A stretch of 64,000 nt of DNA from the human T2T-CHM13v2.0 reference genome, Homo sapiens, in NCBI RefSeq assembly GCF_009914755.1, contig NC_060941.1, one strand, 5' to 3'. Under the pieces are notes generated by a model that was not told the DNA's origin, did no database searches, and saw nothing but the letters and a program-made list of their open reading frames with translations. Positions 1 to 10,525 of the stretch are shown piece after piece. Both the position numbers and the translations under genes were made by a program. Positions within the stretch are counted from its first letter, which is position 1, and every line of letters starts with the position of its first letter.

Positions 1-291
1 CAGAAACTGCTTTGTGATGATTGCATTCACCTCACAGAGTTGAACATTCCTATTGATAGAGCAGTTTGGAAACACTCTTGTTGTGGAATGTGCAAGTGGA
101 GATTTGGAGCGCTTTGAGGCCTATGGTAGTAAAGGGAATAGCTTCATAGAAAAACTAGACAGAAGCATTCTCAGAAAATACTTTGTGATGATTGAGTTTA
201 ACTCACAGAGCTGAACATTCCTTTGGATGGAGCAGGTTTGAGACACACCTTTTGTAGAATCTACAAGTGGATATTTGGACCTCTCTGAGGA

Positions 292-308
292 TTTCGTTGG
301 AAACGGGA
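292..308 (+). promoter_or_regulatory. CENP-B box (intact; recurs at this offset in every unit except U16)
   Basis: TTTCGTTGGAAACGGGA matches the core NTTCGNNNNANNCGGGN. Confidence 0.95.
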
Positions 309-457
309 TAACTGCACCTAACTAAACGGAAGCATTCTCAGAAACTTCTTGGTGATGTTTGCATTCAAATCCCAGAGTTGAACCTTCCTTTGATAGTTCA
401 GGTTTGAAACACTCTTTTTGTAGGATCTGCAAGTGGATATTTGGACCACTCTGTGGC

Positions 458-474
458 CTTCGTTCGAAACGGGT
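458..474 (+). promoter_or_regulatory. CENP-B box (variant, core intact)
   Basis: CTTCGTTCGAAACGGGT retains TTCG, A and CGGG. Confidence 0.85.
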
Positions 475-628
475 ATATCTTCGCATAAAATCTAGACAGA
501 AGCCTTCTCAGAAACTTCTCTGTGATGATTGCATTCAACTCACAGAGTTGAACCCTCCTATGGATAGAGCAGTGTTGAAACTCTCTTTTTGTGGAATCTG
601 CAAGTGGATTTGTGGACCTCTCCGAAGA

Positions 629-645
629 TGTCTTTGGAAACGGGA
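629..645 (+). promoter_or_regulatory. Degenerate CENP-B box (fixed in all HOR copies, predicted non-binding)
   Basis: TGTCTTTGGAAACGGGA; TTCG is replaced by GTCT. Confidence 0.75.
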
Positions 646-971
646 ATATCTTCACATAAAAACTAAACAGAAGCATTCTCAGAAACTTCTCTGTGATGTT
701 TGTGTTCAACTCCCAGAGTTTCACATTGCTTTTCATAGAGTAGTTCTGAAACATGCTTTTCGTAGTGTCTACAAGTGGACATTTGGAGCGCTTTCAGGCC
801 TGTGGTGGAAAACGAATTATGGTCACATAAAAACTGGAGAGAAGCATTGTCAGAAACTTCTTTGTGATGATTGCATTCAACTCACAGAGTTGAAGGTTCC
901 TTTTCAAAGAGCAGTTTCCAATCACTCTTTGTGTGGAATCTGCAAGTGGATATTCGGACCTAATTTGAAGA

Positions 972-988
972 TTTCGTTGGAAACGGGA
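972..988 (+). promoter_or_regulatory. CENP-B box (intact)
   Basis: TTTCGTTGGAAACGGGA. Confidence 0.95.
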
Positions 989-1484
989 GAATCTTCACAG
1001 GAAAGCTAAACAGAAGCATTCTCAGAAACTTCTTTGTGATGCTTGCATTCAACTCACAGAGTTGAACTTTCCTTTCGAGAGAGAAGCTTTGAAACACTCT
1101 TTTTCCAGAATCTGCAAGTGGACATTTGGAGGGCTTTGAGGCCTGTGGTGGAAAAGGAATTATCTTCCCGTAAAAGCTAGATAGAAGCATTCTCAGAAAC
1201 TACTTTGTGATGATTGCATTCAAGTCACAGAGTTGAACATTCCCTTTGACAGAGCAGTTTGGAAACTCTCTTTGTGTAGAATCTGCAAGTGGAGATATGG
1301 ACCGCTTTGAGGCCTATGGTAGTAAAGGAAATAGCTTCATATAAAAGCTAGACAGTAGCATTCACAGAAAACTCTTGGTGACGACTGAGTTTAACTCACA
1401 GAGCTGAACATTCCTTTGGATGGAGCAGTTTCGAAACACACTATTTGTAGAATGTGCAAGTGGATATTTAGGCCTCTCTGAGGA

Positions 1485-1501
1485 TTTCGTTGGAAACGGG
1501 A
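1485..1501 (+). promoter_or_regulatory. CENP-B box (intact; first of three in consecutive monomers)
   Basis: TTTCGTTGGAAACGGGA. Confidence 0.95.
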
Positions 1502-1651
1502 TAAACCGCACAGAACTAAACAGAAGCATTCTCAGAACCTTCTTCGTGATGTTTGCATTCAACTCACAGTGTTGAACCTTTCTTTGATAGTTCAGGTTTG
1601 AAACGGTCTTTCTGTAGAAACTGCAAGTAGATATTTGGACCTCTCTGAGGA

Positions 1652-1668
1652 TTTCGTTGGAAACGGGA
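1652..1668 (+). promoter_or_regulatory. CENP-B box (intact; second of three)
   Basis: TTTCGTTGGAAACGGGA. Confidence 0.95.
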
Positions 1669-1819
1669 TAACCCGCACAGAACTAAAACAGAAGCATTCT
1701 CAGAACCCTCTTCGTGATGTTTGCATTCAACTCACAGTGCTGAACCTTTCTTTGATAGTTCAGCTTTGAAACACTCTTTTTGTAGAAACTGCAAGTGGAT
1801 ATTTGGTCCTCTCTGAGCA

Positions 1820-1836
1820 TTTCGTTGGAAACGGGA
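1820..1836 (+). promoter_or_regulatory. CENP-B box (intact; third of three)
   Basis: TTTCGTTGGAAACGGGA. Confidence 0.95.
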
Positions 1837-2156
1837 TAAACTGCACAGAACTAAACAGAAGCATTCTCAGAACCTTCTTCGTGATGTCTGCATTCAACTC
1901 ACAGTGTGGAACCTTTCTTTGATAGTTCAGGTTTGAAACACTCTTTTTGTAGAAACTGCAAGGGGATAATTGCACTCTTTGAGGAGTACCGTAGTAAAGG
2001 AAATAACTTCCTATAAAAAGAAGACAGAAGCTTTCTCAGAAAATTCTTTGGGATGATTGAGTTGAACTCACAGAGCTGAGCATTCCTTGCGATGTAGCAG
2101 TTTAGAAACACACTTTCTGCAGAATCTGCAAGTGCATATTTGGACCTCTGTGAGGA

Positions 2157-2173
2157 ATTCGTTGGAAACGGGA
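2157..2173 (+). promoter_or_regulatory. CENP-B box (core intact), overlapping the unit's single EcoRI site (2155-2160)
   Basis: gaATTCGTTGGAAACGGGA. Confidence 0.9.
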
Positions 2174-2322
2174 TAATTTCAGCTGACTAAACAGAAGCAG
2201 TCTCAGAATCTTCTTTGTGATGTTTGCATTCAAATCCCCGAGTTGAACTTTCCTTTCAAAGTTCACGTTTGAAACACTCTTTTTGCAGGATCTACAAGTG
2301 GATATTTGGACCACTCTGTGTC

Positions 2323-2339
2323 CTTCGTTCGAAACGGGT
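2323..2339 (+). promoter_or_regulatory. CENP-B box (variant, core intact)
   Basis: CTTCGTTCGAAACGGGT. Confidence 0.85.
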
Positions 2340-2493
2340 ATATCTTCACATGACATCCAGACAGAAGCATCCTCAGAAGCTTCTCTGTGATGACTGCATT
2401 CAACTCACGGAGTTGAACACTCCTTTTGAGAGCGCAGTTTTGAAACTCTCTTTCTGTGGCATCTGCAAGGGGACATGTAGACCTCTTTGAAGA

Positions 2494-2510
2494 TTTCGTT
2501 GGAAACGGAA
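2494..2510 (+). promoter_or_regulatory. Degenerate CENP-B box (CGGG>CGGA, fixed in all copies)
   Basis: TTTCGTTGGAAACGGAA lacks one of the nine core bases. Confidence 0.7.
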
Positions 2511-5500
2511 TCATCTTCACATAAAAACTATACAGATGCATTCTCAGGAACTTTTTGGTGATGTTTGTATTCAACTCCCAGAGTTGAACTTTCCTTTGGA
2601 AAGAGCAGCTATGAAACACTCTTTTTCTAGAATCTGCAAGTGGACGTTTGGAGGGCTTTGTGGTTTGTGGTGGAAAAGGAAATATCTTCACCTAAATACT
2701 AGATAGAAGCATTCTCAGAAACTGCTTTGTGATGATTGCATTCACCTCACAGAGTTGAACATTCCTATTGATAGAGCAGTTTGGAAACACTCTTGTTGTG
2801 GAATGTGCAAGTGGAGATTTGGAGCGCTTTGAGGCCTATGGTAGTAAAGGGAATAGCTTCATAGAAAAACTAGACAGAAGCATTCTCAGAAAATACTTTG
2901 TGATGATTGAGTTTAACTCACAGAGCTGAACATTCCTTTGGATGGAGCAGGTTTGAGACACACCTTTTGTAGAATCTACAAGTGGATATTTGGACCTCTC
3001 TGAGGATTTCGTTGGAAACGGGATAACTGCACCTAACTAAACGGAAGCATTCTCAGAAACTTCTTGGTGATGTTTGCATTCAAATCCCAGAGTTGAACCT
3101 TCCTTTGATAGTTCAGGTTTGAAACACTCTTTTTGTAGGATCTGCAAGTGGATATTTGGACCACTCTGTGGCCTTCGTTCGAAACGGGTATATCTTCGCA
3201 TAAAATCTAGACAGAAGCCTTCTCAGAAACTTCTCTGTGATGATTGCATTCAACTCACAGAGTTGAACCCTCCTATGGATAGAGCAGTGTTGAAACTCTC
3301 TTTTTGTGGAATCTGCAAGTGGATTTGTGGACCTCTCCGAAGATGTCTTTGGAAACGGGAATATCTTCACATAAAAACTAAACAGAAGCATTCTCAGAAA
3401 CTTCTCTGTGATGTTTGTGTTCAACTCCCAGAGTTTCACATTGCTTTTCATAGAGTAGTTCTGAAACATGCTTTTCGTAGTGTCTACAAGTGGACATTTG
3501 GAGCGCTTTCAGGCCTGTGGTGGAAAACGAATTATGGTCACATAAAAACTGGAGAGAAGCATTGTCAGAAACTTCTTTGTGATGATTGCATTCAACTCAC
3601 AGAGTTGAAGGTTCCTTTTCAAAGAGCAGTTTCCAATCACTCTTTGTGTGGAATCTGCAAGTGGATATTCGGACCTAATTTGAAGATTTCGTTGGAAACG
3701 GGAGAATCTTCACAGGAAAGCTAAACAGAAGCATTCTCAGAAACTTCTTTGTGATGCTTGCATTCAACTCACAGAGTTGAACTTTCCTTTCGAGAGAGAA
3801 GCTTTGAAACACTCTTTTTCCAGAATCTGCAAGTGGACATTTGGAGGGCTTTGAGGCCTGTGGTGGAAAAGGAATTATCTTCCCGTAAAAGCTAGATAGA
3901 AGCATTCTCAGAAACTACTTTGTGATGATTGCATTCAAGTCACAGAGTTGAACATTCCCTTTGACAGAGCAGTTTGGAAACTCTCTTTGTGTAGAATCTG
4001 CAAGTGGAGATATGGACCGCTTTGAGGCCTATGGTAGTAAAGGAAATAGCTTCATATAAAAGCTAGACAGTAGCATTCACAGAAAACTCTTGGTGACGAC
4101 TGAGTTTAACTCACAGAGCTGAACATTCCTTTGGATGGAGCAGTTTCGAAACACACTATTTGTAGAATGTGCAAGTGGATATTTAGGCCTCTCTGAGGAT
4201 TTCGTTGGAAACGGGATAAACCGCACAGAACTAAACAGAAGCATTCTCAGAACCTTCTTCGTGATGTTTGCATTCAACTCACAGTGTTGAACCTTTCTTT
4301 GATAGTTCAGGTTTGAAACGGTCTTTCTGTAGAAACTGCAAGTAGATATTTGGACCTCTCTGAGGATTTCGTTGGAAACGGGATAACCCGCACAGAACTA
4401 AAACAGAAGCATTCTCAGAACCCTCTTCGTGATGTTTGCATTCAACTCACAGTGCTGAACCTTTCTTTGATAGTTCAGCTTTGAAACACTCTTTTTGTAG
4501 AAACTGCAAGTGGATATTTGGTCCTCTCTGAGCATTTCGTTGGAAACGGGATAAACTGCACAGAACTAAACAGAAGCATTCTCAGAACCTTCTTCGTGAT
4601 GTCTGCATTCAACTCACAGTGTGGAACCTTTCTTTGATAGTTCAGGTTTGAAACACTCTTTTTGTAGAAACTGCAAGGGGATAATTGCACTCTTTGAGGA
4701 GTACCGTAGTAAAGGAAATAACTTCCTATAAAAAGAAGACAGAAGCTTTCTCAGAAAATTCTTTGGGATGATTGAGTTGAACTCACAGAGCTGAGCATTC
4801 CTTGCGATGTAGCAGTTTAGAAACACACTTTCTGCAGAATCTGCAAGTGCATATTTGGACCTCTGTGAGGAATTCGTTGGAAACGGGATAATTTCAGCTG
4901 ACTAAACAGAAGCAGTCTCAGAATCTTCTTTGTGATGTTTGCATTCAAATCCCCGAGTTGAACTTTCCTTTCAAAGTTCACGTTTGAAACACTCTTTTTG
5001 CAGGATCTACAAGTGGATATTTGGACCACTCTGTGTCCTTCGTTCGAAACGGGTATATCTTCACATGACATCCAGACAGAAGCATCCTCAGAAGCTTCTC
5101 TGTGATGACTGCATTCAACTCACGGAGTTGAACACTCCTTTTGAGAGCGCAGTTTTGAAACTCTCTTTCTGTGGCATCTGCAAGGGGACATGTAGACCTC
5201 TTTGAAGATTTCGTTGGAAACGGAATCATCTTCACATAAAAACTATACAGATGCATTCTCAGGAACTTTTTGGTGATGTTTGTATTCAACTCCCAGAGTT
5301 GAACTTTCCTTTGGAAAGAGCAGCTATGAAACACTCTTTTTCTAGAATCTGCAAGTGGACGTTTGGAGGGCTTTGTGGTTTGTGGTGGAAAAGGAAATAT
5401 CTTCACCTAAATACTAGATAGAAGCATTCTCAGAAACTGCTTTGTGATGATTGCATTCACCTCACAGAGTTGAACATTCCTATTGATAGAGCAGTTTGGA

Positions 5501-8145
5501 AACACTCTTGTTGTGGAATGTGCAAGTGGAGATTTGGAGCGCTTTGAGGCCTATGGTAGTAAAGGGAATAGCTTCATAGAAAAACTAGACAGAAGCATTC
5601 TCAGAAAATACTTTGTGATGATTGAGTTTAACTCACAGAGCTGAACATTCCTTTGGATGGAGCAGGTTTGAGACACACCTTTTGTAGAATCTACAAGTGG
5701 ATATTTGGACCTCTCTGAGGATTTCGTTGGAAACGGGATAACTGCACCTAACTAAACGGAAGCATTCTCAGAAACTTCTTGGTGATGTTTGCATTCAAAT
5801 CCCAGAGTTGAACCTTCCTTTGATAGTTCAGGTTTGAAACACTCTTTTTGTAGGATCTGCAAGTGGATATTTGGACCACTCTGTGGCCTTCGTTCGAAAC
5901 GGGTATATCTTCGCATAAAATCTAGACAGAAGCCTTCTCAGAAACTTCTCTGTGATGATTGCATTCAACTCACAGAGTTGAACCCTCCTATGGATAGAGC
6001 AGTGTTGAAACTCTCTTTTTGTGGAATCTGCAAGTGGATTTGTGGACCTCTCCGAAGATGTCTTTGGAAACGGGAATATCTTCACATAAAAACTAAACAG
6101 AAGCATTCTCAGAAACTTCTCTGTGATGTTTGTGTTCAACTCCCAGAGTTTCACATTGCTTTTCATAGAGTAGTTCTGAAACATGCTTTTCGTAGTGTCT
6201 ACAAGTGGACATTTGGAGCGCTTTCAGGCCTGTGGTGGAAAACGAATTATGGTCACATAAAAACTGGAGAGAAGCATTGTCAGAAACTTCTTTGTGATGA
6301 TTGCATTCAACTCACAGAGTTGAAGGTTCCTTTTCAAAGAGCAGTTTCCAATCACTCTTTGTGTGGAATCTGCAAGTGGATATTCGGACCTAATTTGAAG
6401 ATTTCGTTGGAAACGGGAGAATCTTCACAGGAAAGCTAAACAGAAGCATTCTCAGAAACTTCTTTGTGATGCTTGCATTCAACTCACAGAGTTGAACTTT
6501 CCTTTCGAGAGAGAAGCTTTGAAACACTCTTTTTCCAGAATCTGCAAGTGGACATTTGGAGGGCTTTGAGGCCTGTGGTGGAAAAGGAATTATCTTCCCG
6601 TAAAAGCTAGATAGAAGCATTCTCAGAAACTACTTTGTGATGATTGCATTCAAGTCACAGAGTTGAACATTCCCTTTGACAGAGCAGTTTGGAAACTCTC
6701 TTTGTGTAGAATCTGCAAGTGGAGATATGGACCGCTTTGAGGCCTATGGTAGTAAAGGAAATAGCTTCATATAAAAGCTAGACAGTAGCATTCACAGAAA
6801 ACTCTTGGTGACGACTGAGTTTAACTCACAGAGCTGAACATTCCTTTGGATGGAGCAGTTTCGAAACACACTATTTGTAGAATGTGCAAGTGGATATTTA
6901 GGCCTCTCTGAGGATTTCGTTGGAAACGGGATAAACCGCACAGAACTAAACAGAAGCATTCTCAGAACCTTCTTCGTGATGTTTGCATTCAACTCACAGT
7001 GTTGAACCTTTCTTTGATAGTTCAGGTTTGAAACGGTCTTTCTGTAGAAACTGCAAGTAGATATTTGGACCTCTCTGAGGATTTCGTTGGAAACGGGATA
7101 ACCCGCACAGAACTAAAACAGAAGCATTCTCAGAACCCTCTTCGTGATGTTTGCATTCAACTCACAGTGCTGAACCTTTCTTTGATAGTTCAGCTTTGAA
7201 ACACTCTTTTTGTAGAAACTGCAAGTGGATATTTGGTCCTCTCTGAGCATTTCGTTGGAAACGGGATAAACTGCACAGAACTAAACAGAAGCATTCTCAG
7301 AACCTTCTTCGTGATGTCTGCATTCAACTCACAGTGTGGAACCTTTCTTTGATAGTTCAGGTTTGAAACACTCTTTTTGTAGAAACTGCAAGGGGATAAT
7401 TGCACTCTTTGAGGAGTACCGTAGTAAAGGAAATAACTTCCTATAAAAAGAAGACAGAAGCTTTCTCAGAAAATTCTTTGGGATGATTGAGTTGAACTCA
7501 CAGAGCTGAGCATTCCTTGCGATGTAGCAGTTTAGAAACACACTTTCTGCAGAATCTGCAAGTGCATATTTGGACCTCTGTGAGGAATTCGTTGGAAACG
7601 GGATAATTTCAGCTGACTAAACAGAAGCAGTCTCAGAATCTTCTTTGTGATGTTTGCATTCAAATCCCCGAGTTGAACTTTCCTTTCAAAGTTCACGTTT
7701 GAAACACTCTTTTTGCAGGATCTACAAGTGGATATTTGGACCACTCTGTGTCCTTCGTTCGAAACGGGTATATCTTCACATGACATCCAGACAGAAGCAT
7801 CCTCAGAAGCTTCTCTGTGATGACTGCATTCAACTCACGGAGTTGAACACTCCTTTTGAGAGCGCAGTTTTGAAACTCTCTTTCTGTGGCATCTGCAAGG
7901 GGACATGTAGACCTCTTTGAAGATTTCGTTGGAAACGGAATCATCTTCACATAAAAACTATACAGATGCATTCTCAGGAACTTTTTGGTGATGTTTGTAT
8001 TCAACTCCCAGAGTTGAACTTTCCTTTGGAAAGAGCAGCTATGAAACACTCTTTTTCTAGAATCTGCAAGTGGACGTTTGGAGGGCTTTGTGGTTTGTGG
8101 TGGAAAAGGAAATATCTTCACCTAAATACTAGATAGAAGCATTCT

Positions 8146-10525
8146 CAGAAACTGCTTTGTGATGATTGCATTCACCTCACAGAGTTGAACATTCCTATTG
8201 ATAGAGCAGTTTGGAAACACTCTTGTTGTGGAATGTGCAAGTGGAGATTTGGAGCGCTTTGAGGCCTATGGTAGTAAAGGGAATAGCTTCATAGAAAAAC
8301 TAGACAGAAGCATTCTCAGAAAATACTTTGTGATGATTGAGTTTAACTCACAGAGCTGAACATTCCTTTGGATGGAGCAGGTTTGAGACACACCTTTTGT
8401 AGAATCTACAAGTGGATATTTGGACCTCTCTGAGGATTTCGTTGGAAACGGGATAACTGCACCTAACTAAACGGAAGCATTCTCAGAAACTTCTTGGTGA
8501 TGTTTGCATTCAAATCCCAGAGTTGAACCTTCCTTTGATAGTTCAGGTTTGAAACACTCTTTTTGTAGGATCTGCAAGTGGATATTTGGACCACTCTGTG
8601 GCCTTCGTTCGAAACGGGTATATCTTCGCATAAAATCTAGACAGAAGCCTTCTCAGAAACTTCTCTGTGATGATTGCATTCAACTCACAGAGTTGAACCC
8701 TCCTATGGATAGAGCAGTGTTGAAACTCTCTTTTTGTGGAATCTGCAAGTGGATTTGTGGACCTCTCCGAAGATGTCTTTGGAAACGGGAATATCTTCAC
8801 ATAAAAACTAAACAGAAGCATTCTCAGAAACTTCTCTGTGATGTTTGTGTTCAACTCCCAGAGTTTCACATTGCTTTTCATAGAGTAGTTCTGAAACATG
8901 CTTTTCGTAGTGTCTACAAGTGGACATTTGGAGCGCTTTCAGGCCTGTGGTGGAAAACGAATTATGGTCACATAAAAACTGGAGAGAAGCATTGTCAGAA
9001 ACTTCTTTGTGATGATTGCATTCAACTCACAGAGTTGAAGGTTCCTTTTCAAAGAGCAGTTTCCAATCACTCTTTCTGTGGAGTCTGCAAGTGGATATTT
9101 GGACCTATTTTGAAGATTTCGTTGGAAACGGGAGAATCTTCACAGGAAAGCTAAACAGAAGCATTCTCAGAAACTTCTTTGTGATGCTTGCATTCAACTC
9201 ACAGAGTTGAACTTTCCTTTCGAGAGAGAAGCTTTGAAACACTCTTTTTCCAGAATCTGCAAGTGGACATTTGGAGGGCTTTGAGGCCTGTGGTGGAAAA
9301 GGAATTATCTTCCCGTAAAAGCTAGATAGAAGCATTCTCAGAAACTACTTTGTGATGATTGCATTCAAGTCACAGAGTTGAACATTCCCTTTGACAGAGC
9401 AGTTTGGAAACTCTCTTTGTGTAGAATCTGCAAGTGGAGATATGGACCGCTTTGAGGCCTATGGTAGTAAAGGAAATAGCTTCATATAAAAGCTAGACAG
9501 TAGCATTCACAGAAAACTCTTGGTGACGACTGAGTTTAACTCACAGAGCTGAACATTCCTTTGGATGGAGCAGTTTCGAAACACACTATTTGTAGAATGT
9601 GCAAGTGGATATTTGGTCCTCTCTGAGGATTTCGTTGGAAACGGGATAAACTGCACAGAACTAAACAGAAGCATTCTCAGAACCTTCTTCGTGATGTCTG
9701 CATTCAACTCACAGTGTGGAACCTTTCTTTGATAGTTCAGGTTTGAAACACTCTTTTTGTAGAAACTGCAAGGGGATAATTGCACTCTTTGAGGAGTACC
9801 GTAGTAAAGGAAATAACTTCCTATAAAAAGAAGACAGAAGCTTTCTCAGAAAATTCTTTGGGATGATTGAGTTGAACTCACAGAGCTGAGCATTCCTTGC
9901 GATGTAGCAGTTTAGAAACACACTTTCTGCAGAATCTGCAAGTGCATATTTGGACCTCTGTGAGGAATTCGTTGGAAACGGGATAATTTCAGCTGACTAA
10001 ACAGAAGCAGTCTCAGAATCTTCTTTGTGATGTTTGCATTCAAATCCCCGAGTTGAACTTTCCTTTCAAAGTTCACGTTTGAAACACTCTTTTTGCAGGA
10101 TCTACAAGTGGATATTTGGACCACTCTGTGTCCTTCGTTCGAAACGGGTATATCTTCACATGACATCTAGACAGAAGCATCCTCAGAAGCTTCTCTGTGA
10201 TGACTGCATTCAACTCACGGAGTTGAACACTCCTTTTGAGAGCGCAGTTTTGAAACTCTCTTTCTGTGGCATCTGCAAGGGGACATGTAGACCTCTTTGA
10301 AGATTTCGTTGGAAACGGAATCATCTTCACATAAAAACTATACAGATGCATTCTCAGGAACTTTTTGGTGATGTTTGTATTCAACTCCCAGAGTTGAACT
10401 TTCCTTTGGAAAGAGCAGCTATGAAACACTCTTTTTCTAGAATCTGCAAGTGGACGTTTGGAGGGCTTTGTGGTTTGTGGTGGAAAAGGAAATATCTTCA
10501 CCTAAATACTAGATAGAAGCATTCT
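8146..10525 (+). repeat. 14-mer structural-variant HOR (U4, 2380 bp; two monomers, 335 bp, deleted)
   Basis: ORF spacing 8504->10884 is 2380 instead of 2715. The junction 'aatg-tgcaagtggatatttgg-tcct' at 9600-9616 joins unit offset ~1455 to ~1790. Confidence 0.95.

Larger units (their letters stand above)
1527..1960 (+). repeat. Internal monomer triplication within the HOR (three highly similar short monomers)
   Basis: Monomers at 1527, 1695 and 1862 all begin 'cattctcagaacc(t/c)tcttcgtgatgt(t/c)tgcattcaactcacagtg..gaacctttctttgatagttcag.tttgaaac...' and share 'gtagaaactgcaag'. They are much more alike than other monomer pairs. Confidence 0.85.
1..8145 (+). repeat. Three canonical 16-mer HOR copies (U1-U3, 2715 bp each), apparently identical
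   Basis: Unit starts at 1, 2716 and 5431. ORF translations are identical and all share alleles at offsets 610T, 955C, 963A, 1470A, 1818C and 2358C. Confidence 0.95.

Noticed and set aside
458-474. Short dyad CGTT-nnn-AACG and TTCGAA palindrome as a hairpin, cruciform or terminator
   Set aside because: The stem is only 4 bp and is intrinsic to the CENP-B box; too weak to call as a structure from sequence alone.
359-1009. 216-aa ORF, open in all 24 units, with periodic Cys/Trp motifs (CKWIFGP, QKLLCDDCIQL) that superficially resemble a repeat or zinc-binding protein
   Set aside because: It starts at TTG rather than ATG. The ~57-aa periodicity is simply the ~171-bp monomer read in frame, and its conservation reflects array homogenisation. 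No recognisable domain.
2011-2020. TATA-like 'ctataaaaag' once per HOR as a promoter for centromeric transcripts
   Set aside because: It is a variant of the A-rich '(c)ataaaa' tract present at the same position in most monomers; there is no independent support for promoter function.
8146-10525. The 2380-bp 14-mer as an interspersed copy of the separate chr17 14-mer array D17Z1-B
   Set aside because: Outside the deletion it is nearly base-identical to the flanking 16-mers, so it is a deletion derivative of the same HOR.
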